Position numbers and translations under genes: made by a program. A stretch of 64,000 bases of DNA from Hypanus sabinus (taxonomy: Eukaryota): positions 9,734,001 through 9,798,000 of the forward strand of contig NC_082731.1 in assembly GCF_030144855.1 (NCBI RefSeq). Direction: 5' to 3'. Under the pieces are notes generated by a model, which was given only the letters and a program-made list of their open reading frames with translations, had not been told where the DNA came from and made no database searches. Positions 51,881-64,000 of this stretch are shown one piece after another. Numbering within the stretch: the first letter of the stretch is position 1; each line of letters begins with the position of its first letter.

Positions 51881-52899
51881 GAACTATGCACTATTATTCC
51901 TAGATCCACTCTATTATTGTGGCAATAGAAGCCTGTGTTGTTTGTTCTCTTACACCATATCATTGGTCCTGTAATAATGTGAAGCAAAATTTGCCCTCAC
52001 CCATTCTGACAAGAAGACCGGCAATAAAGAGGTTTTATGAAAAATTGAGGATGTAGCCAAACAATGTTATTTGAAGCCAAGCTTTTCAGTTGCTAGGCAA
52101 TGATTTGCACAAGTCCTATCTTAAATATAATGCTAAACAAGACCAACTTTAAAGCAGAATGATAGCAAAAACAATTTCAACTTCAGCAAAGCAGAAACAG
52201 ATATTATATTGGAACCATAGGCTGAGATCTGAGTCAGTCAATTAACAATACAAGAAATTTCATCCTTGGATTAGATTGAAGCTCCACTGGCATCATGCTT
52301 TATGTCAATATGTTCCTTGAAATTAAACCCCATCCCATTCAACCCGCACCAACTATAGATACTACTAAAGTATTACAAATTACCAAAGAAAATGGTTAAC
52401 TTTTATAACCACTATAGGTATAAAGAACTGAACGGTTGGTTAATAATTGTCACTAATGATTTATCCCTGCCAAAATTTGAAAGGTACATCTTCTTTCATG
52501 ATCAGCGTACTGTTAAGTGGCATAGCTTCACTCCAATTTCTCAGAACAGTTTGTGATGCAGAAAAAAAATCTGATTTCAGAGGTTTCGGATTTTGGAATT
52601 TCAGATCAGGGGTACTCAATCAACCTGAACCAAGGAGAAAGTGCATGGGAAACTGAAAGGTAGATAGGTCACCCACCAGATGGACATCACCTAAGTGTTC
52701 TGCAAGTGACAGCTGAAGTGATTAAGGAGGTATTAGTAGTGATTATTTATGAAACAATAGATTCTGGAATTGTTCTGGAGGAATGGAAAATTGTAACTGT
52801 CAATTGCATGACGTTTTGGGGTGCTTGGAGGCAAGTGATAAAATAAGCCAAATTCAGCATATTTCAAAGGGCAAATCTTGTCTGACAAATCAGATTCAG

Positions 52900-53790
52900 A
52901 TTATTGTCATTTAAAAACCACAAATGCAATGCAGTTTAAAAAATGAGACGACGTTCCTCCAGAATGATATCAACAAAGCACATGACAAAATAGACTACAC
53001 CAGAATATCCACATATCGTTTAGCAATCCCCAATCCAGAGTCCGGAGAGGCTGCTGCGTATTAATATCGCGCTACCATCTCAGCGCGTCCCCAGAAAGGA
53101 GCTCAAAATCCACCAGACAAAACAAGACCAAAAACTAAAGCTACAAGACCTACACAAATCCACATAGTTACAACATACAGTTACAACAGTGCAAACAATG
53201 CCATAATTTGATTAAAAAAAAACAGAACATGGGCACAGTAAAAATATTTCAAATCTGTTAAAAGACTGTAAGTTCGAAAGAATCCACCACACAGTTTCCA
53301 CAAGTCCTCAGGGTCCCGATAGACCCGTCATTCCACGCCGGCGGCAGAAGGGAATACCACTGCTATGGACTTCCATGCCGCCGCACGTCTCAGCCTCGCA
53401 GATGCAGTACACAATGAAAGCTCCGTCGAACCCAGCCTCGCAGGCACAGCACACACTGAAAGCGACCCGACCACAGCGGACTCGAACCTCCGTCGAACCT
53501 CCGAGCATCCGACCCCTCCGGCACAACTTCTCTGAGCGCACTACGACGCCCCCGCCAATGGCCACCGGTAAGATGACCCCGAAGACCGGGGGCCTTTTCT
53601 TCTCAGCAGAGACCCGGACCTCACAGTAGCAGGAGCAACGAAGAGGGCCTTCCTGGAGATTTCCAGATGTTGCTCCGTGCTCCTACATTCGTTTTTCATC
53701 AGATTAGGATTGCGCACGGCACCCCACTTAACAAATATATCAGCTCCGTAGGGGCCGCTGCAAGCTGCGTCGCGCCGCCATTTTGGAATC
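52900..53790 (-). mobile_element. Younger GC/CpG-rich non-autonomous retroposon-like repeat
   Basis: Minus strand starts aaaatggcggcgcgacgcagc and ends in a LINE-like tail; CpG-rich within CpG-poor flanks. Confidence 0.55.
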
Positions 53791-53809
53791 TGTTGCAATT
53801 CTTTTAGGA

Positions 53810-54770
53810 ATAAAAAACTGGCGGGACAGACAAAGGAGAGTAAGTGGATGTTGTTTAAAAGCTTTGGACAAAGTGTTGTGCATGAGACTGCTTAAAAGGC
53901 AGGAGTCTATGGTAATACAGGAAGGATACCAGCACAGATAGAATATTGGCTGACTGTCAGAAAGAAAAGTATAGGAGTGAAGTGATGTTTTTCTCGTTGT
54001 CTGGCAATGACTATTGGTGGTGCACAGGGGGCGCTGTGGGACCGCTTCTTTCATATTATATGTTACTGATTTGGTTGGAGAATTGATGGCTTTGGAGCCT
54101 AGTTTGTAGAGGGGCAGGTAGTATTGAGGAAGAAGGGAGTCTGCAATTGGACATAGACTGATCAGGAGAATGGGCAAAGAAGTGGCAGATGGAATATAGT
54201 GTATGGAAGTGTATAGTCTAGATATTGGTAGAAAAAATAAAGGCACAGACTATTTTCTAAACAGTGATAACATTCATAAATCAAAATTGAAAAGGGACTT
54301 CAGAGTCTTGGTGCAGGATTCATGAAAAGTTAACTTCCAGGTTAAGTCAGTGGTAAGAAATCAAAGGAAATTCTAGCATTAATTTCAAGAGGACAAGAAC
54401 ATAAAAGCAAGGATATAAATGTGAGGCTTTATAAGCCAATCGTCAGACTGCTCTTGTAGTATGGGGAGCAGTTTTTGGCCCCTTATCTAACACAAGGATG
54501 TGCTGGTTTTGGAGAGGGTCCAGTGGCAGTTCACAAGAATGACTCTGGGAAAGAAAGGATTAATATATGGAGAGTGTCTAATGCCTCTGGCCCTGTACTC
54601 ACAGGAATTTGGAAGAAAGAAGGGGAGGTATCACTTTGAAGCTTATAGAATAATGAAAGAACGAGGGAAAATGCATTTGGAGAGGATCTTTTCTGTACTG
54701 GGGGAGACGACGAACAGAGGGGACAGCCTCAGAATTGAAAGTTGCCCCTTAGGAATAGAGATGATGTGGA
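53810..54770 (+). mobile_element. CR1 RT and 3' region
   Basis: AKKWQMEYSV and LERVQWQFTRM motifs. Confidence 0.8.
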
Positions 54771-55189
54771 ATTTCTTTAGCCAGAGGGTGACAAATTTAA
54801 AGCCACTAGCATTTCCTAGAACTTTAACATCATGGGAATTTAGCCCCACAACTTCAACAGGAATGCAGTGCACAGATGCAGGTCTGACATAACAGGTGTG
54901 ACAACAAATGGAGCAAGAGTCTCGGCATCAGGTATGAAATTATTCGAGAGGCATTTGGATCTATGGGTGTGGTGGAAAGGGAAACATTCTGTTGTGGTTA
55001 TCTACAGTAGCTTATGGGTGTGTACGTATAACACAATGAGAGTGCGAGAGACCTTGAAAAACTTTCTATGTAATTATTACAGTCATTTCACTTGTGGAAC
55101 CAGAGGAGCCAGCAAACTGGACCACTGTCACACTATCATTAAGAGTACTTAATGTTCCATCCCATGCCTATACTTTAGAACTTTTGATC

Positions 55190-58100
55190 ACCTGGCAGTA
55201 CTTCCTGAGTATAGGCAGATACTAAAGACTGCAGCACCAGTACTGAGGACCAGGAAAGTATGGACAACAGAGGTGCAGGAGAGCTTACAGGACTGCTTTG
55301 AGTCAGTGGACTGGACTGTATTCAGAGATTGTGAATGAGTATGCCACTGCTGTCACTGACTTCATTAAAACCTGTACCAATGAGTGTGTGCCTTCAAGAA
55401 CATACTGTGCCTACCAGAATCAAAAGCTGTGGATGAAATAGGAGATTCATAGTATGCTGAGGACTAGATCTGTGGCATTCAAGTTTGGTGATCCAGGACT
55501 AAATAAGAAGGCCAAGTAAAACTTACTGAGGGCTATCTCAAGAGCAAAGGAACAATTCCAATTGAGGTTAGAGGTGGAATTGGGTGCATATCAACTCTCG
55601 CAGATTTTGCAGGCTAGTGCTTCACACAAAACAAAAACTAACATAAGACCATAAGATATAGGAGCAGAATTAGTCTATTTGGCCCATCACATCTGTAGCA
55701 CCATTTCATAATGGCTGATCCAACTTTCCTCTCAGCCCCAATCTCCTGACTTCTCCCTGTATCCCATCATGACTTGAACAATCAAGAATCTACCAACCTC
55801 TGCCTTAAATATACATAAAGACTTGGCCTCCAAAGCTGCTTGTGGCAAAGAATTTCACACATTCATCCCCCTCTGGTGAATAAAATTCCTACACATGATT
55901 ATTCTAAAAGGACACCCCTCTATTCTGAGAGTCTCTCCTCTGGTCCTACACTTTCTCAGAATATGAAACATCCTCTCCACATCTTGAAAGTCAGTGATGC
56001 TTCACTGCCTGATGACTTCAATATTATTTATGCATGCCTTGAAAGGAAGAATAAAGCTACAGCTATGAGGATCCCTACAGCACCCAGGGACACTGAGATC
56101 ACTGCCTCTGAAGCTGACATCAGATCATCCTTCAAGAGAGTGAAACCTAGCAAGGCGACCTGCCCAGATGAGGTAACTGGTAGGGTTCTGAAAACCTGTG
56201 CCAAGTTTTACTACTATGTCGACTCAGGCTTAGCGTCTGGCGTTGGGCAGGATGATGGACTCTCCACTCCTCCCACTCCCTCATCAGTGTGTTCAGTTCA
56301 TCTACATTAGCTGTGCTGTTATCTTCTAGCAGTGTGCTGACAATAGTCTTGGGAGCGCACCCAGGGTTCATCCTCCCCTGCTTGTGCTCCCATGTGATGA
56401 CTAGGCTGGCAGGTAACTCAGGGTGGTGTAGACAGTGTTCTGCTAGTTACAGACTTCTTGCCATGATTTTACTAATGAGAATTGGTCGGTCATCATGGAG
56501 CTCGACGTTTGTCATGGGCTGTTGCCAAATCACGTCAAGAGCCATCCACAGCGTTCGTGTATAGCAACATGGTCTTGGTCAGTGTCCATATCTCGCATCC
56601 GTACGTGAGATTGGACTCTATCACTGCTATGAAGATCCTCTTTTTGAGCCCTCTGGTCATGTTCGACCTCCAGATTTCCTTCATGTCATTCAAAGCCCTC
56701 CACGCCAGCCCCTTCCATATCTTTATATCCTTCTCCAAACTCATCATTCCTGACCCGAGGTACTTGGTCTAAGACTTTCTTAATGATATAATTCTTAACG
56801 GTCTTGACAGTACCTTCATCACAGTTAAACGCCATGTACTCTGTCTTTTTAGCGTTTAAGTGAAGTCCAACTTTATTGTACTCAATTTCCACTTTTATCA
56901 GTAGCTGCTGTGCTTCCTGCATCTGGTCAGAGAGCAGGACTATGTCATCTGCAAAATTGAGATCTGTGAGCGTAGCTGGACTGACTCTTTTGGTTTGTCC
57001 TGGTTTTATGGTAAAACCAAGCTTGTCATGAACTTTTTGCCAATCAACTGGTCAGTTTGTTCAAAAATATTTTCAATCTCTCACTTCTACAGTCAGAAGT
57101 CTCCACCAGCTTCAAAAGGACAACAATCATGCCTGTGCCCTAGGAGAGGAGGATATTGACTAGCATCCAATAGCACTCACATCTACAGTGATAAAATGCA
57201 TTGAGAGTTTTGTTATGGCTAAAATCAACTCCTGCCTCAGAAAAGACCTGAATCAACTGCAAGCTGCCAATCACCACAATAGGTCTGCAGAGGATGTGAT
57301 CTCATTGAATTTTCATTCGGCCTTGGATCACCTAGACAACACTAATATTTCTGTTAGGCTGCAGTTTATTGACTACAGATCAGTGTTTAACACAATCATG
57401 CCCACAGGTCTGATCATGAACCTTCAAAACCTGGGCTTCTCTGCTTCCCTCTGCAACTGGATCCTCTACTTTCTCACTGGAAATCCACAACCTCTGCGGA
57501 TCAGGGTTAACATCTCCACCTCGTGGATATGCAAATGGGCACACCTCAAGGATGTGTGCTTAGCTCACTGCATTGCTCCCTCTGCATTTGTGACTGTGTG
57601 GCAAGGCTCAATTCAAATGCCATCTCTAAATTTGTTGATGACACAACTATTGTTGGCAGCTTTTCATATGGTGACAAGAAGGTTTACAGGAGCCAGATCG
57701 ATCAACTAATTTAATGGTGTCCCAGCAATAACCTTGCACTCAAAGTCAGTAAGACCAAAGAGTTGATTGTGGACTTCAGAATGTGTAAGACGAGGGAACA
57801 CACACCAGTCCTCATAGAAGGATCAGAAGTGGTAAGAGTGAGCAACTTCAAGCTCCTGGGTGTCCAGATCTCTGACGATCCATCCTGATCCCAACATATC
57901 AATGCAGTTACAATAAAGCACACAGTAGCTATATTTCATTTGGAGCTTGATAAGATTTGGTATGTCACCAAAGACACTTGCAACTATATGTAGCTGTACT
58001 TAGAGAGCAATCTAACTAGCTGACTTACTGTCTATTATCAGGGAAGCATTGCACCGGATTGAAATAAGCTGAAGAGAATTGTAAACTTAGACAGTTCCAA

Positions 58101-58320
58101 CATGGGCAGCAGCTTCAACAGCATCCAGGACATCTTCAAGGAGTAATGTTTTAATAATGCAACCTCCATCATTAAGGGTCCTCATCAACTAGGTCATGCC
58201 ATCTTCTCATTGATATGATCAGGGTGGAGGTACAGGAGCCTGAAGACATACACTCAATGATTCAGGAACAGCTTCTTCTGATCTGCTATCAGATTTCTAA
58301 ATGGACATTGAACCCGTGAA
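55190..58320 (+). mobile_element. Rex1/Babar-like LINE interrupted by CR1 (~55640-55980) and RTE (56205-57037) insertions
   Basis: Collinear pieces (LQDCFESVDW; SLPDDFN; KCIESFVMAKI...LQFIDYRSVFNTI; KFVDDTTIVG) resume across each insertion. Confidence 0.8.
56205..57037 (-). mobile_element. 5'-truncated RTE-clade LINE with TGCCAA target-site duplication
   Basis: DLNFADDIVLL; KVGLHLNAKKTEYM; AVIESNLTYGCEIWTLTK; short TAG/TAA tail; TGCCAA at 56199-56204 and 57038-57043. Confidence 0.8.
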
Positions 58321-61300
58321 CACTACTTCACTAATTTTGCACTACTTATTTAATTTAATTCTTAACATATATGTGTTTAAATCTGAATTTTAGTATGTAA
58401 GTAATTTATATACTTCATGTAATTCACAGTTTAATTCTATGCATAACAACCAATTTCATGACATATGCAAATGTTTCTAATACCACATGCGCAAGGGTCG
58501 CTGAGCTGCGACTATCCTGTTTGCAACAAGCAGGAAAATAAATGAATGACTTGCTAATTTGATTCACATTCTCTATAAGAGAGCGCAGCTTCTACTGCTT
58601 TGCCTTCACCAGAAAGTTTTTGGTGGACCTGCAGATTTTGTTGGGGGCTTTACCACAGAACCTCTCCTCTATCTGAACTCTCAATTAACACTTAAAGGAA
58701 ACACTCCACAAATCAAGAAACATATTTGCCTGACTAGTTAACAAACAAAGCTTTTTAAAGTTAGTTTTGATCTGGAAAGTAATGATAGTCTGGTAAAAGC
58801 AGAATAAAGGGAATTATAAGAGAGAAACAGTTGGAATCTTTCTCCCAGGTAGAATTATCAAATTTCACAGGGCATAATTCTAATGCAAGGCTGGGAAAGT
58901 TTAAAGGAGATTAGTGGGAAAAGGTTTTTAGACAGTGGGGGGTTCCTGGAACAGACTGCCAGGTTGACAGTGGAAGCAGCTACAATTCAAACCAAATCAA
59001 ATGAAGTTTAATTATCATTGAAAGCATACATGGATTCAGTCGAACAAGACAGCATTCCTCTGGGGCCAATATGCATAACATGCATTCAAAATGCCGAGAG
59101 AGAGAGAAAAAAAAAACACACATCGTTATACAAAACAAAAAAACAAATGCGTATGTACTCCAAATCCCTGAGTGATATCCAAATTGATGGTACAGCTCCT
59201 GCCAATCCAGCATGTCATTCCACCAGTTAAACACAGGAGGGCAGTTCTGATTGGAGAGGCCACCTCCCAACTGAGCATTGACTCCACGCTAGACCGCCTT
59301 CAGTGTTTCTCACCTGGACAGCAACACAGGCAACCACACTTCAGGCCTAGTTTTCACTACTACTGAGGGGCACACTGCAACCTCTTTGCCTGTCTCATCA
59401 CCAAACAGGGGAAACAGGCCTGCAGCATCTCACATTATCAATATCCAACAGGGTCTTGAAATCACAAGTGAAATGTCCAAGACAGTCACTCATGGTTACA
59501 ATGCGCATTGCTTTAGCACACCAAATCTGATGCCATTGAGTAGCAGGCAGCAGCCTGGTCTGCACCAAGGACAGCTCCTCCGAACCAATCCAGCCCATCC
59601 GCTGGCTTCTCCTTCCCCGAGCCAAGTGCTGGTTTTCCCTTCTCTGTCTCATCCACCAGCTCCTTTGACACCCCAGCTGGTGGCTTCGAACAACAAAAAG
59701 ACCACTGATGTGATAGACCTGTATTCACTCATGGACTCCAGCATAGTTTCACCATCATTAGAAACACATTTTAAAAAGAGAATGCACCCTTGGTTTTCCC
59801 CCAAGTGGCTGCTACGTTCAAATTACTGGAGTTACAATAATGGTACTTAGTGGTTTTTGGATGGACACATGAAAGTATAGGGTCTGCAGGGATACGGATG
59901 CAGGCAGAAGGGATTAGTTTCAGTTTGCATCATGTTCAGCTTAATCATCATATATCAATTAGACTGTTCCTGGGCTGTACTTGTTTTGTTACAAATGAAG
60001 GTGCTTGGCTTGAGCAGAAAGACACAAACTCCTTTTGGTTATGTTGTGTTACCTCATTGCAGCATACCTCCAGTTATGCCAATCCACGGTGCGGTTCAAG
60101 ACCAGCCCGTCGGTTAAGTCCCGAAAACTACCTCAAAGCCCTCAGACTGCTGTACTTTTATACCCTTTCCACTGATACGAAATGCCGCAGAAAGTGGACC
60201 AATATATTAGCACCAGCTCCTTCCACCAAACAAATTGACCAGGCTGTCAAACCTCGCAGTTATTGTTCCACCACATTATGGTGTTTTCTTGACTTGGGGG
60301 GGAGGGGATTCCTTCTTACTCTTACACCTAAACATTTTTGCTATTTATCACACCCACCAGATCCTTTGTCGACTGCACCAAAATGTTTTATTTCAGCTCA
60401 GATGGGCAGAAAGATACAACCTTCAATTATCTACTTAAAAATACATTTATTAGGGATAGAAGAGAGCAAACATTAAAATGCTTGTCTATGCCTGTGCGGG
60501 TCCCTCTCAGTGCAGTACAGCTACCATTGTGCCAAAGCCCAGCACCGTTTGTGACCAGCCTGTTGGCGAAAGCCTGAAAACTACTCCCAATTTGCCTCCT
60601 CCACCTCCTCCATCTTCTGCCTTTATGATAATGGCAACTCACACCTATCAGGAAGGCACATTATCACCGACTGTAATGGAGTATAAACGGAGCCATGATG
60701 AGGATTAGATACTACATTGCAAATCTGTTTCAGTTAGAAAGTTCACCAGGGCCCTACATGACTGAACCATCACTGCCTCAGGTGTCATAATATCCTGGAA
60801 AATAGACACCCAAAATCTACCCAGTAATTGCCCAAACAGCTTCCTATATTACAAGAAATATCTGTGGCATACTCTATTCAGATGTTCCACATCTCTGGGA
60901 CCTTACAAAAATCACACCACCCATTCCCATGTTTACTGTCAGAAACACACTGAGTCTCAGCAATTTGCAGAACGGTAAACTTTATTTTTCGAGTCTGCAG
61001 AGTCGGACCCAACCAGCTCCTGCTAGATTGAGTGCCGAATTACACTTTGCACAGTTTTTTATACCCTACTTGTTTACGACTTTGTGAGTTGCACCCATGT
61101 GAGGTGCAGACATTCTTCCTTAATCTCATTACAAAATTACAAATGTGATTACCCTTTGGCCCACTTATCAGCCTCAGCGCATTAACACCGTTATTGTTCA
61201 ACCGTTAAGCATGTCTTCCCGTTACCCGTATCGCTTCTTTAATCAGCAAGCTATTGTTTCATCCTGATTTTGCAAATTGGTTTATACATTGCCCTGCAAG

Positions 61301-62399
61301 TTGCTTTGCACGTTCTTTCTGTGTCAGCACATTCTAAATGGACTCCTTAAGTACCGTCTTTAATTTAATCATTTCTCTCATTTACTAAGTGCCAAAGTGG
61401 AGTGCAAATGCTTATATGTAAATCTCAGTCATGCCAACCACATCATCCATCCCATTCTTTCCCAAAAAGTGCCCCCCCGGACTGACGGAAAGAAATTGTA
61501 ATACCATCTCCCTGCACCTTCCTATCCCACAATTTCTGCCACTTACCAATTAGCCAACCTAAAACAAGATTTGGCTTCATATTTTCCCATATTACCTGAG
61601 ACTTAGTAAGTGTCTGTTTTGCTATAACACCTACGCTTTCATTACCCAATGCATCCATTTACAGTATGTACCCTCAAACCTTCCAGACACACTACCTTTA
61701 CACCCTCTCTACTGAAACAAAATGCTGCAGTAGGTGCACCAATACATGAACACCAGCTCAAAACACCAAACCAGAACCAATCTTCACTTGTCACCACTCT
61801 TCCCAAGTCCCACCCCGGTATGCACATAACCTTCATGCTCCTATGACTATATTCCCACTGTGTTATCAAAGCTCCAGCAGCCAGTTCTATTACGTTCAAG
61901 GTCACGATGATGAAACATTTGATTAACCCTTTAACCCTTTAAAATACAGCACTGTACTTTGTTTGCAGTGGCATGGCAAACATGCAACGCTTATATTAAA
62001 ATCGGAAATCAGCCAGCAAATGAATTTAATAATAAGTATACTGCCCTTGGCTGATGTACATGTCTGCAGCACGCGAGCCCAAAAATGTTTACCTCAGGGC
62101 TTGCTGCAGTGTAACTCTGTTGCAGATGAACTCCAATTTATCATTCAGCCTTTGTGAGGCCTGAAATAATTAGCATTTGTAATGAGCTCAACCTACAGAT
62201 ACCATAGAGTGGAGCCTTGGCTCAGAGAGGCTGTTAGAGTGTGATCCACACACCTTAGATCAATGTGGATGGAGGGGGAAGGGTGGGGTGTGTGGTTTCA
62301 TGTTGCATTCCTAGTCTAGTTGCATTATGGCTCAAACGTGTGAAATTGGATCTTGAGTAGTCAAATATGAATGTGAGTATTTTGAATATATTATGACTA

Positions 62400-63700
62400 T
62401 AAGATATATGAGCAGAATTAGGCAATTTGGCCCATTAAGTCTGCTCCATCATTTCATCATGACTGATCCATTTCCACTCAGCCCCAATATCCTGCCTACT
62501 CCCCATATCCCTTCATGCTATGACAAAAAAAGAATCTATAAACCTCAGCCTTTAATATACCAATGATTAGGCCTCCACAGCTGCACAGATTCACCACCCT
62601 CTAGCTAAAGAAATTCCTCCTCATCTCCGTTCTAAAGTTTATCCATCTATTCTGAGGATGTGTCATCTGGTCTTAAACTTCCCCACCGTTGGAAACATCC
62701 TCTCCACATCCACTCTATCGAGACCTTTCAATATTCAATAGGTTCAATGAGATCCTCCCCTCATCCTTATGAATTCCAGTGAGTACAGGCCTAGAGACAT
62801 CAAAAGTTGTTCACATGATAAGCCTTTCAATCCTGACATAATGTTTGTGAACCTCCTTTGATCCCTCTCCAATGTCAGCACATTTCTTTCTTAGGCAAGG
62901 GGTCATAATATTCCAAGTGAGGTCTCACCAGTGCTTTATAATGCCTCAACATTACATCTTTGCTTTGATATTCTAGTCCTCTTGAAATGAATGCTGACAT
63001 CGCATTTGCTTTCCCCACCGCTGACTAAACCTGCAAATTAACCTTAAGGGAATCCTGCACGCAGACTCTCAAGTCCCTTTGCATCTCAGATGTTCCTATT
63101 TTCTCACCATTTCAGAAATAGTCTTCTACCAAAGTGCATGATCATACTCTTTCTGATACAGTAATCCATCCGCCACTTCTTTGCCCATTCTCCTCATCAA
63201 TTTAAGTCCTCAACACTACGTACCCCTCTAGCTATTTTTGTATCATGGGCAAACATGGCGGCAATTCCATTACCCAAATCATTGGCATATACCATAAAAA
63301 GACGTGGTCCCAGTACAAACCCCTGTGGAACACGACCAGTCACCAGCAACCAACAAGAAAAATTGTCCTTTATTCCCACTTATTGCCTCCTGCCAATTAG
63401 CCAAAGCTATCTCCAAGCTACGATCTTTCCTGTAGTAATATCCTAATGAAGGGTCTCAGCCCAAATCATCGACTAAACTCTTTTCCATAGATGCTGCCTG
63501 GCCTGCTGAGTTCCTCCAGCATTTTGTGTGTGTAACATCTCAAGTAGCCTCATGTGTGGCATGCGACACCATGTCAAATGCCTTATGAAAATCCAGGTAC
63601 AGGAATGCATAGATTTTCTATTGTCCCTCCTGCTTATGAATACCTTAAGAATTTTAAAAGATTTGTCAGAGTATTTAACTTGAACAAGGCCTATGTTGAA
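62400..63700 (-). mobile_element. CR1 RT and 3' end
   Basis: VTGRVPQGFVLGPRLFMVYANDL...MFAHDTKI, with a CR1 tail near 62400. Confidence 0.85.
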
Positions 63701-64000
63701 GTCTTCCTTCTACCTGGTCGTACAACCCTGCCGCTGCTAAGACTATAAATGTATCTCCAAATGGCAAAGTGTGTGTTGTAAAGAAAGGTCTTTTATTTGT
63801 TTCATACTGACTTTGTGCAAGAGGAATTGTGCATAATTCTGAAGCTGTTAAAGATGCATTGACACAGCTATGCGTTAAGGCACAGGAACTGTGGGAGTCA
63901 GATGAAAAACCACAGATTTTGTTCAGGTTTAAATTCATTTATTTTTCACATGCATAACAAAACATTCAGTGAAAATTAATGTAGAAAGTATTATGCCTTT

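Noticed and set aside
59850-60476. 208-aa ORF with a KCRRKWTNI trihelix-like motif
   Set aside because: It starts at GTG within a CR1 tail fragment, and the rest shows no recognisable domain.
10400-64000. V, D or J segments and RSS of a next Ig cluster
   Set aside because: Heptamer-like sites (e.g. ~30254, ~37960, ~42292) lack a correctly spaced nonamer, and I found no V-type YYC or J-type WGxG exon. This was a by-eye scan.
1-64000. CRISPR arrays, operons, tRNA or rRNA genes
   Set aside because: The sequence is spliced vertebrate DNA. No regular repeat-spacer arrays or intact structural RNA genes were seen; tRNA-like pieces belong to SINEs.

Overview
Eukaryotic vertebrate genomic DNA, not prokaryotic. 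It comes from a cartilaginous fish, and the repeat families look batoid (ray-like), though that finer assignment is inference. The first ~10 kb, probably extending to ~22.4 kb, is the 3' half of an immunoglobulin heavy-chain cluster of the IgW/IgNAR group on the + strand. It has three intact C1-set constant exons (1124-1441, 5344-5664, 5839-6221). The last carries a secretory tailpiece and an internal donor for membrane splicing. A transmembrane exon lies at 10054-10211, and there are two candidate cytoplasmic exons: a proximal 20-aa one (10331-10393) and a canonical GTG AAA TAG (VK*) exon 11.8 kb away (21978-21986) with its own AATAAA. I found no V, D, J or RSS. The rest is mostly decayed transposons: CR1, Rex/Babar/L2-like, RTE, Penelope-like with hammerhead-type cores, V-SINEs, a deleted chromovirus, Tc1 and hAT fossils. 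The most notable unexplained signals are a CpG-retaining domain over ~1-45 kb that drops sharply near 46 kb, the alternative Ig tail exons, sense-strand hammerhead cores in an Ig intron, and a tentative small three-exon ORF downstream of a CpG-dense promoter-like region. I do not see firm evidence of a wholly new multi-gene system. Repeat boundaries are approximate, and family names come from recalled motifs, not database searches.
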